A DNA stretch of 64,000 nucleotides from Azolla caroliniana (lineage: Eukaryota; Plantae; Polypodiophyta), in NCBI GenBank assembly GCA_043228905.1, contig JBHGNT010000002.1:19282001-19346000 (forward strand), read 5' to 3'. This document shows positions 1 to 13,183 of this stretch, one piece after another. Each line of letters starts with the position of its first letter. Position 1 is the stretch's first letter. Under the pieces are notes generated by a model that saw only the letters and a program-made list of their open reading frames with translations, was not told the DNA's origin and did no database searches. The position numbers and the translations under genes are program-made.

Positions 1-3000
1 GAACTATGCTGTAGAGCAACAACAACAAGATTTAGCTATTTTGTTTTTAGATTTTGAGAAGACTTATGATAAAGTGGATTGGGATTTTATGGAAGCCCGA
101 CATTATTGCATATGGGCTTTCCAATGCAATGGATTAGGGCGGTGGCAACATTGTATAGGACCGCTCATAGTTCTCTTTTGTTTGTAGGTGATGTTGGTGG
201 TAGATTTTCACTTTCGTGGTCAGTAAGACAAGGGTGTCCACTTGCTCCTTTTCTGTTTATTTTAGTTTTTAAAGCCTTTTCTGATTTTCTTAGGAGTAGG
301 AATGTCGATATTCGTGGTATAGCCTTACCTATACAAGGATACGCAACCTCCGCTATTGATTCAGAATTTGCTGATGACACCACATTATATGTTTCTACAG
401 ATGAGGGGAACTTGTTGAATCTTCAAAAAGTGTTATCCGATTTTTGTGATGCTTTAGGAGCTTTGATCAATTGGGACAAATCCATGGGATTTGGGCTTGC
501 GTCGTCTTCTCCCTCACAAGATGTGCCATCTCCAGGCTTTATTTGGGTACCTTGAGGTATCGCTGTAAGGTATTTGGGTTGTCAACTGGGGATAGATTTG
601 TCACTAGAAGAGATGGTAACACCCCTTTTATTACAGGTTAGAAATAAATTGTTGTATTGGGATACTACTAAGTTGTCTCTACCAGGAAGGGTGGTTGTGG
701 TAAACTCGGTTTTGCTTGCATTAATGTGGTATGTTGCATCAACATGGCTATTTTCACGGTCGATTATATTGAAACTACAATGTTTAGTTCGTAATTTTAT
801 TTGGGGTGCCCATTTGGGATCAAGGGTTGTTGCAAAAGTTGCTTGGTCTGTTTTAATCCGACCAATATGTGAAGGTGGACTTGGCTTAATAGATCCTTTG
901 CTCCAGAGTAAAGACCTTCTTGCAAAGCATGTTGTGAGAGTATTTATGCCTGGGAATGAGTTGTGGAAAAGGTTATGGTTGTTATCTCTTCGTAACATTA
1001 AACCTACAAGAGGAGGATAGTGGCAAGATAGTTTTCGATGGTTGTTTAACTTTGAATTTCCAATTAAGGGTCATAAAGTTGGTTCTATGAGATTCTTTAC
1101 AGGTATTTTGAGGGCATGGACGGACATTAGAGAGGCTCTCCTATTTCAACTTCCAGCTACAGAAGCCCAACTTTTATGGCAACCGTTGTTATGGAATCCT
1201 TTGTTTATTGATAGCTCTGGCTTTGTTTTAGGAATTAGACCGCGTTTATCGTGGGGAAAAATGGACTCAGGACTAACTACCTCTGTGGCTGCTTGGGAAC
1301 GATTTCAAATGCTCTTGGAGGAGAACAAAAAACAATTCTTATCTACCTTGCATGGGGATTATTTGATGTTTGAGAAGATTCAACAAGCTTTTCAGAATGG
1401 TCAAAGGCAACTTAATTTGGTTAATACTTATACATGGTATGGTCTTTTCTCTTCTTTGGGTGTTTTAATAGGTGCTCGGGCTTATGCTAATGAGGGTCAA
1501 AAAAGATTTTATGAGGTTCGCAATGACGGTGTCGTACCTTTCGGCGTCAGATCATTTGTGTGAGTCGGGTGGGAACCGCTGGGGTTTTGGACTAGGATGA
1601 GGAAGAATTTAAGACGATTTTAATTATGAATAGATTATTATAAACTTGCGAATCCCACAAGTATAATATATTTTATTAATCAGTATTTAGATAAGAATAT
1701 GTATTTAGATTGAAAGAAAGATATAAGAAACTTGTGAATCCCACAAGTATAGATTATATTATTTTCGTGAATCCCACAATTATGTTAATTGGTTGGTGTT
1801 TTCGGAAATATATCCAATTTCCAAGTATTTCACACCCCTACTTACATTGTCCTCCTCATCCTTATATAGAGATGAGAGAGTCTTAGCAATCCATGCATTT
1901 TCTTCTCTAACTATAGACTCCATGCTTTTCCTATAGATAGACTATATGCTTTATCTAAAGTGATCATGCTTTTTCTAACTTGTGCGTTTTTTATTATCAA
2001 CTATAGCGTTCATGCACGCTAGATGTGCATGCGTAGCTTCTTCTTTTAACATGCGTTTTTCTTTTTAACTAAAGTTTATCCTAGGTGAACTAACCTTTTT
2101 ATGTGGAACATCTATTTTTAAACACTAATGAAATGCTAGTGTGATGGTAAGACATTACATTATTAACATGGAGGTGCAAGGTTTGAATCTTGCCTTGCCC
2201 TATGCATGTATTATTTATTTTAGGATTTTCTTCTATTTCTTCATATTTACTAAAACGTTACTTTATAAGTTTTTCATGTAGTGTACGAAATACACTACGA
2301 CAACGGTCTTTTATAATTAGTGGATGAAGAAGATGAAGTTATAATTTTATGAGCTTCCAAAAAACCCATAAGGGTTATTGCTAGGTTAAACAAGAAGATT
2401 TTCTTAGATCTGAACCCTTTTTTGGCGGATCATGCAATACAAATATGGGTATTCCAAAGTAAGCCAGTGACACATCTTAAGTGGGACCCAACTGATTATG
2501 TATGGCAGTTGGTTGGTTGTTCCTTGACAAATGAACAAGTGAGTAGGATTCTCCCCTTTTTCCAATACTTTGTGGTATATGGGAGACATTTTTTGATGCA
2601 ACGACGTTGCGTAAATCCTGTTGCACAAAAGTATTGGGAGTCAGGTGCTATATCGCATCAATATATGATGGCATTTTGGAAAAGTTTATGGGCTTTACCA
2701 TGTATGCGGAGAGCAATTTCTTTTAAGTGGTTAATGATTCATTATGCTTTACTTGTAGGTTCTCATTTAAAAGACCAAGTTGATGATCGTTGTTGTGTAT
2801 GTTGCCAAGTACAGGAGGAAACTTTAAAACATTTATTTTCGACTTGTAGTGTAGCTCGAAAGTATTGGGGAAGAATATTGAGGATGTTTTCTTGTAAATA
2901 TAAGGGAGCAATTTTTACATGGGGGGCTATTTTCTGGGGGTCTTTGAATGTGTAGGTATCTTTGTACGAGGCGGAGAAATGCGCGGAAGCATTACGTATA

Positions 3001-3100
3001 TCAGAGAGTACAATTGAAGCAGTCCGTCCAAACATTGTTGGTGGTAAATATTTTAGAAATTCTTTTGTTTGGGAACAACTTGGTGCACACAGGTAAGGGA
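1..3100 (+). mobile_element. Decayed L1/Tx1-like LINE, 3' part of ORF2 (RT to zf-RVT), interrupted by a solo LTR
   Basis: RT motifs LDFEKTYDKVDW, VRQGCPLAP and EFADD; GGLGL motif; CCVCC..EETLKHLF..C zinc finger near 2790-2850; several stops. Runs off the window start; the 3' limit is approximate. Confidence 0.9.
1530..2302. mobile_element. Solo LTR (773 bp) inserted in the LINE
   Basis: Inverted termini TGTCGTA...TACGACA, flanked by ACGG at 1526-1529 and 2303-2306. Removing it rejoins the LINE frame (VRNDG|LL). Confidence 0.8.
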
Positions 3101-3529
3101 GGGTATGATAGTATTAAAGGAACACCGAAAAAGGTGCATAAGAAAAGGCGAAAACTTCGTAAAATATAGTGGCCAATACCTCTTTGGCTGGATGACTCAC
3201 ATGAAGATCGTTGGAATTATGCTCCACCACGTTTGGTATTCCTTCCTCCTAGTCCTTTGTTATTTCAAAGATAATTGTGAGGTATATAGTTTTTTCTTCT
3301 TACTCTTTTTAACTTACAATTTGATAGGAAGGACATAAAAGAGACGGATGTGATAGGGGCAATCGTGTGGAGTGACAAGGGTGAGATGTTGGATGTGGAA
3401 AATGAAGCATCTTCAAATTTTGGATAAGGATGAGGGATGAAGGTGTTGAGGGCTGGAACAGATTTAATGACCAGACGAGGAGAGTGGTGTCACTTTGTTT
3501 TGTAGGTACACGATTTTGGTGGTAAAGCA

Positions 3530-4285
3530 ATGTGAGTGAGATGGTTGATGTTGATTTATGAAGCACAATTCATTTTTTTATAAAGATGAGTGATTGTGGA
3601 ATTAATGAAGACTAGACTCATTAATTGTTTGTATGTACAGGATTTTAGCGATAATCGGCAAGATGTTGATGTGGAATTAATGAAGAAGAATGTATGTTTT
3701 TGATAAGGATGAGTGATGAGGTTGTTGGGGGCGAAACATATTCTCATTAGGAGATGAGGAAACAAGACTCATTGTATTGTTGTATGTGTAGGATGTTTTG
3801 GTGGTATTCGACAAGATGATTGATGTGGACTTAACGAAGCAATTTTCATGGCTTGGATAACAATGAGTGATGATGGTGTGGAGGCCGAAGCATATTCTCA
3901 TGAGAAGATGAGAAATTTAAACTCATTTTATTGTCTCTATGTAGGAATTTGGTGGTAATCGGCAAGATGGTTGATGTGGACTTCACAAAGCAACTTGTAG
4001 GTTTTTGATAAGGATGAGTGATGATGATGTGGGGGCCGAAGCATAAGCTCATGAGGAGAGGAGAAAATTGACTTAATGTGTTGTATGACAGGAAGTTGGT
4101 GGTAACCGGCGAGATGGTTGATGTGGAAAGAGGAAGCATATTTGTTGAGTTGACAATATAATGTATTGGATAGCCTTCCAATTTGTGATGTAGGGGAAGT
4201 TGGTGGTAACCGATGAGATGGTTGATGTGGAAAGAGGAAGCATATTTGTTGGGTTGACAGTATAATGTATTGGATCGCCTTCAAA
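3530..4285. repeat. Degenerate tandem repeat, about 150-bp then about 104-bp units
   Basis: Core AGATGGTTGATGTGGA recurs near 3540, 3661, 3815, 3966, 4112 and 4216. Confidence 0.75.
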
Positions 4286-5309
4286 TCTACAATAGACAGG
4301 AGCAGGTTGAATAAGTATTGAAAGGTTCGTAACTAGGACCTGTGAGGGCTTCTTTTACAAATATAAGTACTTTGGTTGTTGTTTATGGATATGATACCTT
4401 GTATTATGTCTAAGGAATAGCCTACAATTAGTGGATTGTTTTCTCTATTTTGTATTTGTTTCCTCAACCAGTGTCTTTCACAAGATGGGTTGGGGGGGGA
4501 AACTTTGTATGTTGTAATTGTTATGACCCTTTTTATACAACTAATGGAAGGATATTTGTTTTGGGAAAAAAAAAGTCCTCCAAATATTAAGTATAAATTG
4601 TGCTACATTCTTATTAAACCTCTCTCATTGTTAATCGCTTCCATTGTATTTTAATTTTCCAACATGGTACCAGAATATAGTTGCACCATCTAAATCTCCC
4701 CATATTACTTAATCAAATCTCCTTGTTAAACTTATCACTATGTCAAGCTCAAGGATAAACTATACCTTGGACATTATTAGTATTCAAGAGATTATATAAA
4801 TTTCAACTAATTTACTACATCCAATCCCAAAGCCCCAAAAAAGTTTCTAACATAGCTAGTCTAATTGAAAATTAATTGCTTTCTTAACACAATATCAACT
4901 AATTGAAACTATAATTTATTGGAATGATTCAATGAATTAATTTATAAGCAAAAAATTCTATACATTAAACAAGCGGGGAATTTTGGGAAAAGGGAGCGTC
5001 AAAAATTGAATTAAGAAGCACATGATTGAAATGAAATCATTTTCTTATTTCATTAAGTTCCGTACATTAAAATTATGTGAATGAAAAAAATACAAAAGAC
5101 CTTATTGCATTTAAGGGCATATCAGTCATACAAAAATAATTGAAAATATTCATATCCAAAAAAATTCATCACCATCACGGTGGAGTCACTGAACCATTAA
5201 GTTTACAACAAACTTGGTACCAAGGGTTGCAAGAGTAGGGTTGCGGTGCAAGTTGAGATCAACGTTGTCTCAAGATTCGTCCTTCATTTCTTGTCTCTTG
5301 AGCTCTTTA

Positions 5310-5311
<2 letters not shown>

Positions 5312-5348
<37 letters not shown>
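5312..5348. repeat. (CT)n microsatellite at the 3' end of LINE A
   Basis: Read directly from the sequence. Confidence 0.95.
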
Positions 5349-5352
<4 letters not shown>

Positions 5353-5556
5353 AATAATGGCTTTCATTACGAAAGAAAAAACACCACCATGACTAACTTA
5401 CAAAAACTATAGAACCCCTTCTATCTAGGGATCTAAAGAAAACTACGCTCAATGCCACCCTACACACCAATTCAAATGGCGAATATGATGATATATGACC
5501 TTGCAGAGTTCTCTCTCTTCCTGGTTGAGATTTCGTGACTTCTCTAGCGCTGTCAA

Positions 5557-8500
5557 TTACCACAAAAGAAGTCCTTTTAACTTTAGAACATATTTTCTCA
5601 CCCCCACTTGCGAATAAAAAATGAAGGCATTCCTCATATTCCAATTGAACCATAGCCCCCAATACCTCAAGAACTCAAAAATAATTTGAGAATCAGGCAT
5701 TGGTTCATTGTTCTCCATATGTGCAAAAACCCAATTGAAGGAAGATAGACGTACTCCGGTTAGAGACATCCACACTAAACTGATACACGTCCAAACCATC
5801 CTTGCTATCCGGCAAGAAATAAATCGATGCCTACTATGTTCCAATTCTACCGAACAAAAGAAACACAAACCTTTAGTAATGTTTCTTTTTTTTAATGCAT
5901 CCCCCAATGGTAAAGCTCCAATCATAACTCTCCAAACAAATACCTTGGCTCGTAGCATTAATCGAGAACACCAACCTGCCTTGATCACATGAAGCCACCA
6001 AGTAATGGGCTTATGAAACCCCCATATCTTTATAACCCTTTCTTCCAACCACTTATGTTTGTTAATCAACGTGTGATAAGCAACATTTGTTGAGATCATA
6101 GTCAATCTCTTATTTCCAACAAACTTCCAATCAAGCTCTTGAGATCGCCCATCTAAATAAGGAATTGGCTCATACGAAGATAGTATTTGTTGCAACTTAT
6201 CCCAAATAAAGGTATAACCTTTTGGAATACAAATGTTCGAAAAGCCATTAATCTTCTTTGTGACACCAACATAGCATCCTTAATTGTTATCAAACCCAAT
6301 CTAGCCGTCTGATTAAATTGAAGGTTAAAAATTTGCTTACCTTCCCACTTCAACAACCTTGATGTCGCCAAAACCTCCATTTGTAATGAACTGGCACATC
6401 CCCTTTCTTGTGGGGGATGCCATTCCACAAAATCTAACATACTTTGCCATGATGTCAACAAATGGTCAACTATCATAGACCCTACACATTTGACATCCCT
6501 ATCAGAATTAATTACATTCCACCAATTTGCTTCAACCTTCATGTTTCCAAGCTTTATTCCGTTCTTCTCTATAAAGTATGCCACCATTTCTGTCCAAGGT
6601 TGTACACCTTCAAACATAAATTGAATGAAAGTAAATCGGTGAGCCACCATATGCTCATATAGATTTAATATTGATGCCCCCCAAGACGCTTCGGAGTACA
6701 AACATGATCCCATGCCAACCACGACAAGGCACTTTTCCCTTTTCTTTTCCATAACAACATTCGCATCGAGCATGTCAATATTTCAAGAGCTTTCTTTGAC
6801 CATGGGAGCAAAGGAAGATAATAAGATACCATAGAGACCATAATCGATTGGACCACCTTAAGTCGTACATGAAAAGGCCAAATTTGAGACCTCCAATACA
6901 TAAACTTATCCTCCAACCTTTTGGACACCCACTCAATAAGTTTCACATGAGAAACTTCCACCCCAATTGGATATCCAAGGTGACGAAAAATCATACCACG
7001 ATGTACTATCCTTCTTGAACACCCCAACCCCAACACATCTTGTTCTGTACATGAAATGAGGACAGATTTATGTATATTAATTCTCAACCCTAAAGCATTT
7101 GAAAACAATTCCCACACATCTCTTGTCTTACTAATATTTTCCCGATTAGGTGCCAAAAACATAATATGGTCATCTGCTAGAGCTTGAACAATACATGGCT
7201 TCCCTGATGGCAACCTTAGTCCAAGCAATTCTTCCTACATAGCCATATTGTGTAACTTAACAAGAATAGGATGTGTCACAATAGTGAATAGTAAAGGACT
7301 TACCGGGCATCCTTGTCTAACTGACCTCCGAATAGAAATCGGTTGTGTTACTCCTCCATTAAACATCAAATGTGAAACTGAACCCTCCCCTAATGTGTAT
7401 ATCAACTTAGACATATGATCACCAAAACCCATATGAGACATCAATTGATTTATAAACGACCAATCCACATTATCATAGGCTTTCTCGATATCCAATTGTA
7501 GCAACACCAATTCTTGCTTAGAATCCTTTGCATAGTCAATTGCCATTTGAACATTTAAAATATTATGTAAAATGTCTCTTTTTGCTAAAAACCCATATTG
7601 AGCATTATGAATAATAGAAGGTAAAACCTTATGCAACCTATTGGCTATCACTTTTGCAAAAAACTTGTACATTCCCCCATCAATGAAATAGGGCTCCATT
7701 GAGCAAAGGAAGATGGAGAAGGCACCTTCGGCCAAAGCTTTATCAAACCAATCTTCCAAGAATGAGGCATTTCCCCTGATGTCCACACCTTCTGAAATAA
7801 AACTGTAAAAGGCCCCTTTAACTTAATCACATATTTCTTAAAGATAATCCATCCCACCCAGGACTCTTATGATTTGCAAGATGTGACATGACATGTTCCA
7901 CCTCATCCTCTGAAATATTAGCATCTAATGATTGTGCCACATCATGCGATACATGATTTTTCACTCCATTAAAAAATACATCTCTATCCTTTTTAACATT
8001 ATCATCAATACAAACTTGTACATCCAACAATTGTGTATAATAGTCTATGCATTTCTTCACAATTTCTTGAGGATCGGAACACGTGATATCATTTTCCTCT
8101 AACCTTACCACATTATGTCTTGCATGTGATTCATGAAGGTCATGAAAAAACTTATGTGATTGAAAATTAGGATCATCCACTTCTTGTCCTAGATGATGTA
8201 GTCTAGTATGTTGATAATTTTTTTTCGTTAGATCATGTATCGCAGAAATTAACACCTCTTGATATCCCAACAACTCTACATCCGTTGGCCAATAAGTTAA
8301 CAATGAGTTGCATTTATCAAGAAAATTAACTAGGAGACTTAATTTCTTTCTCCTTTTAAAAGCATGGTGAATTCCATAATACCTAGTTAACCTCTAAACA
8401 TTTGCAACAAATACTTCCCACGCTTCATACCCATCAAATTGAACATGATAGGCAAATGCATCAATCAATTGACACATATAGGCATGGAAGACCTCATGAT

Positions 8501-9275
8501 CCAAAAATGATGAATTAAAAATCAACGGTGGTTTTCCTAAAAACTCATGAAAAGCTCTAATTGAGTGGTGAGTGAATTCAAAAATTAATGGGAAATGATC
8601 TGATATAATTGACCCAGAAGACACTGAAATATCCAAAATCTCTGGTAAAAATCCTTCGGTATGCGTTACATACATTCGATCCAACCTACTCAAAGTATCC
8701 TTATATTGATCCGATTGAAAGGTATAACCAGGTTCATCTCCCTTAATCCACTTCCATACATCCCTTAACATGATTTCAATCTCAAAATCTCTCCATTCTT
8801 GAGCCTCTGGTCCATCCATAATAGAGTGGATGGATGTTGATTGATTTGTCTCACAACACACATTAAAATCTCCCATCAATATACCGGGTCTACCATTATC
8901 AAGCAACGAGGTCAGAGATCTCCATAACAACTTTCGTTCTTGTGAAACATTTGATGCATACACACCAACTAACCAAAGAACTTGCCCTTCATAACATATC
9001 TCTACCACAATAAATCTTCCAAATTCATCTGAAACAATTACTTTTGGGTGAAATATATCTCTTATAAACATGACAATCCTAGAATAATTCCCATGAACCT
9101 TGCCAGCATAACATAATGTATAACCCTTAGAACAACTAATTAAACCAACATTACGATGATCTTTATGCTCTATTGCACATAAAACATCCCATTGCTCACT
9201 TAACACAATCCTCCAAACCTCATGCATTCTAAATCTAGAACACAAACCCCTCACATTCCATGTGGTGATCTTCAT
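5557..9275 (-). pseudogene. LINE A ORF2: apurinic-like endonuclease + reverse transcriptase + zf-RVT, frameshifted
   Basis: APE motifs TWNVRG, GDFN, SRLDR and SDH (8394-9275); RT motifs KSPGWDG, LDIEKAYD, VRQGCPVSP and LADD; zinc finger CFFC..EHSRHRFISC. Confidence 0.92.
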
Positions 9276-9629
9276 ACTTTATTTTTTCCTTTTATTCGAG
9301 AAATCTCTTTCTCATTCACTACTAATGTTTCTGCCATATCCTGAAATAAATCCCCTAAGATTGCATATGAATTACTATGAGAATGCAAAACTCCAGACCC
9401 TGATGACTCCTCATGTGAACAAGGCACCGATTTCCGTTTATTACAAGGAACATACAAATTACCTTTATTATCAAAAGATAATTTCTTTGGATAATCCTCT
9501 TGATGAGCCCATGGCTTATTCCGCATGGGATTTGTTTGTTGAATCTGTGATTGTGTTCAGGATGTTTATGCCAATCCTCGTGGATTTTATGAGGTTGTTT
9601 TGGTATCACAAGAGTATAAAGAGAAATTA

Positions 9630-10216
9630 CTAAATAAATTGCCAGTTTTTTATGAAAAAAGTTTGGTTCATATTGTTCCGTGGAGGTCACTAGTGGAATA
9701 CCAAGATATATTAAAACAAGAGTGTCCCGTATGGGTTGAGGTAGAGTGCACATATTAAGTGGTTTGGCCAATATTACGGTCCGCAATGGAAAAGTTGGGA
9801 AAAATCTTGGTGCCTCCTAGTGCTAATGCTCAAAATCGATATCGGATGTGTATTCTTTGGAATATTGCTATAAAGAGGCCAAGTTGTTTACAGATTGCAT
9901 GCTCTGGTATACCACCTATGTATTTTCGGCTTAAATGGGATATATTTGCAGGACATTGTTTCCATTATGGTGTGTTGGGCCATTTTATGGCTAAGTGTCC
10001 TCAAAAAAGAAATAATGTAGTGGAGGTGGTACATGAAGAGCCTACAAATCATGATAAGATTCAAACTTTGACAATTTCAGATCAAACAAAGGAACCACAA
10101 ATTGTGAATGAGAAGGATGGAAAGACTCTAGAGGATGAAGGACAATGGTCAATAGTTTCTAGAAAGATGAAGAAGTCTAATAAGAATGTTGGACATAATG
10201 TATCTTTGGAGAAGGG
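9630..10216 (+). pseudogene. LINE ORF1 middle fragment (PVWV motif + zinc knuckle), inverted relative to ORF2
   Basis: ECPVWVEV upstream of the annotated ORF; decayed knuckle CFHYGVLGHFMAKC; WSIVSRK motif. The left boundary is approximate. Confidence 0.75.
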
Positions 10217-10230
10217 TCTCTCTCTCTCTC

Positions 10231-12710
10231 GTAAATCTTGACTTTCATTACGTAGAAAAAACACCACCATGACTAACTATAAAGTATATAACCCTCCTAT
10301 CTATCTAGGGATCTAAAGCTACTATGACTCCAAACTCAATGCCACCCTACACACCAATTTAAATGGTGAGTATGATGATATGTGACCTTGTAGAGTTCTC
10401 TCTCATCATGCTTGAGATTTTGTGACTTCTCTAGCACAGTTAATTGCCACAAAAGAAGTCCTTTTAACTTTAGAACATATTTTCTCACCCCAAGTTGTGA
10501 ATCAAATGTGAAGGCATTCCACATATTCCAATTAAACCATAGCCCCCAATACCTCAAGAATTCAAAAAGAATTTGGAAATGAGACATCGATTCATTGTTC
10601 TCCATATGTGCAAAAACCTAACTGAAGGAAGGTATGCTTTCTCCAGTTAGAGACATCCACACTAAACTGATACACCTCCAAACCATCCTTGCCATCGGGC
10701 ATGAAAGGAATCGAGGCCTACAATTATGTTCCAATTCCACCAAACAAAAGAAACACGATCATTTAGTAATGTTTCTTTTTTATAATGCATCCCCCAATGG
10801 TAAAGCTCCAAATACTTTAGCTCGTAGCATCAATCGAGAAATCCAACCTGTCTTTATCACATGAAACCACCAAGTAATGGGCTTACCAAAACCCCATATC
10901 TTTATAACTCTTCCTTTCAACCAGTTATGTTTGTCAATCAACTTGTGATAAGCAACAGTTGTTGAAATCATGGTCAATCATTTATTTCCAACAAACCTCC
11001 AAACAAGCTCTTGAGATCCCCCATCTAAATTAGGAATTGACTCATACGAAGAATGTATTTCTGGCAACTTATCGCAAATAAAGTTATAACCTTTTGGAAT
11101 ACAAAATGTTAATCTTGTTATTCGAAAGGCCATTAATCTTCTTTGTGATAGTAACATAGCATCCTTGACTATCATCAAACCGAATCTAGCCATCCCATTA
11201 CATTGAAGGTTAAGAATTTGTTTACCTTCCCACCTCAACAACCTTAATGTCGCAAAAACCTCCATGTGTAATGAATTGGCACATTCCCTTTCTTGTGGAG
11301 GATGTCATTCCACAAAATCCAACATACTTTGCCTAGATGTCAACAAATGATTAACTATCAGAGGCCCTGCACATTTGACATCCCTTTCAGAATTAATGAC
11401 ATTCCACCAATTAGCTTCAACCTTCATATTTCCAAGCTTAATTCCGTTCTTCTCTATAAAGTATGCCAGCATTTCTATCCAAGTTTGTACACCTTCAAAA
11501 ACATGAATCGAATGAAAGTAATTTGACAAGACACCATATGCTCATATAGATTCAATATTGATGTCCCACCAAGACGTTTTGGAGTACAAACATCATCCCA
11601 TGCCAGCCACGACAATGCACTTTTCCCGTTTCTTTTCCATAACAACATTCGCATTTAGTGTGACACTATTTCAAGAGCTTTCTTCGACCATGGTAGCAAA
11701 GGAAGATAATAAGATACCATAGAGACGATAATCGATTGGACCACCTTAAGTTCTACCCTCCAACCTTTTGGATGCCCACTCAATAAGTTTCACTCTTGTC
11801 TAACTAATCTCTAAATAGAAATAGGTTGTGTTACGTCTCCATTAAACATCACATGTGAAACCAAACCCTCTCCTAATGTGTGTATCAACTTAGACATACG
11901 ATCACCAAAACCCATATGAGACATAAATCGATTGATAAATGACCAATCTACATTATCATAGGCTTTCTAGATATCCAATTGTAGCAACACTAATTCTTGT
12001 TTTGACTCCTTTGCATAGTCAATTGCCATTTGAACATTTAAAATATTATGTAAAATGTCTCTTTTTGCGAAGAACCCATATTGAGCATTATGAATAATAG
12101 AAGGTAAACCCACTTTTGCAAAAATCTTGTACATTCCCCCCATCAATGAAATAGGGCTCCATTGAGCAAAGGAAGATGGAGAAGGCACCTTCGGCCAAAG
12201 CTTTATCAAACCAATCTTCCAAGAATGAGGCATTTCCACTGATGTGCACTTCTTCTAAAATAAGACCGTAAAAGGCCCCTTTAACTTAAGCACATATTTC
12301 TTAAAGATTTCATTTGTTAATCCATCCCACCCAGGACTCTTATGATTTGCAAGATGTGACATGACATATTCCACCTCATCCTCTGAAATATTAACATCTA
12401 ATGATTGTGCCACATCATGCGATACATGATTTTTCACTCCATTAAAAAATACATCTCTATCTTTTTTAACATTATCATCGATACACACTTCTACATCCAA
12501 CAATTGTGTATAATATTCTATGCATTTCTTCACAATTTCTTGAGGATCGTAACACATGATACCATTTTCCTCTAACCTTATAACATTATGTCGTGCATTT
12601 GATTCATGAAGGTCATGAAAAGTTCTCCACTTCTTGTCTTAGACGATGTAGTCTACCATGTTGATAATTTTTCACCATAAGATCATGCATCACATAAATT
12701 AATGCCTCTA
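10231..12710 (-). mobile_element. LINE B, 5'-truncated and internally deleted relative of LINE A
   Basis: High visible identity to 5349-8270, including the same 3' end (CGTAAAT..CTTTCATTACG..AAAAACACCACCATGACTAAC) abutting (TC)n. Confidence 0.9.
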
Positions 12711-13183
12711 AGTGATATCCTATTAACCCTACTTATTTTAATTAATCAATTAATTAATTAATTTTTTAAAAATGAATATTTTTATATTTATTATACAAAT
12801 ATGATTAGTATGAACTATGAAGATATGATTAGTTTGAAGTACTATTTTTAATGTCAAAATAAAAATATCCATAAATTTTGAGGGAATAAAAAGCTAGAAA
12901 TTAATGAGCCTTTATTTTATTTTATTTATTTATTAAAAATAAAATGAATACTTATAACTTATAACTTATACATTTATTATAAAAATTTAGTAGTGTCAAA
13001 TCCATAAGTCCCTCTTTTATTATCCCTATTTATTGTCAAGTTCCTGTTTTTTTTATCCTAGAAAATAAAAAAAGACAGTTTTTATTTTTTTGAGTTAAAC
13101 GAATACTTGACCACCGATTCGTATTCATATTCGTTTGCATTCAAATGGGAAACCCGACGAATGCGAATATGTCAATCTATGCC

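Larger units (their letters stand above)
5349..10216 (-). mobile_element. LINE A (L1/Tx1-like) with full-length decayed ORF2 and a 5'-inverted ORF1 segment
   Basis: Bounded by (CT)n at 5312-5348 and (TC)7 at 10217-10230; contains APE, RT, zf-RVT and ORF1 remnants. Confidence 0.88.
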
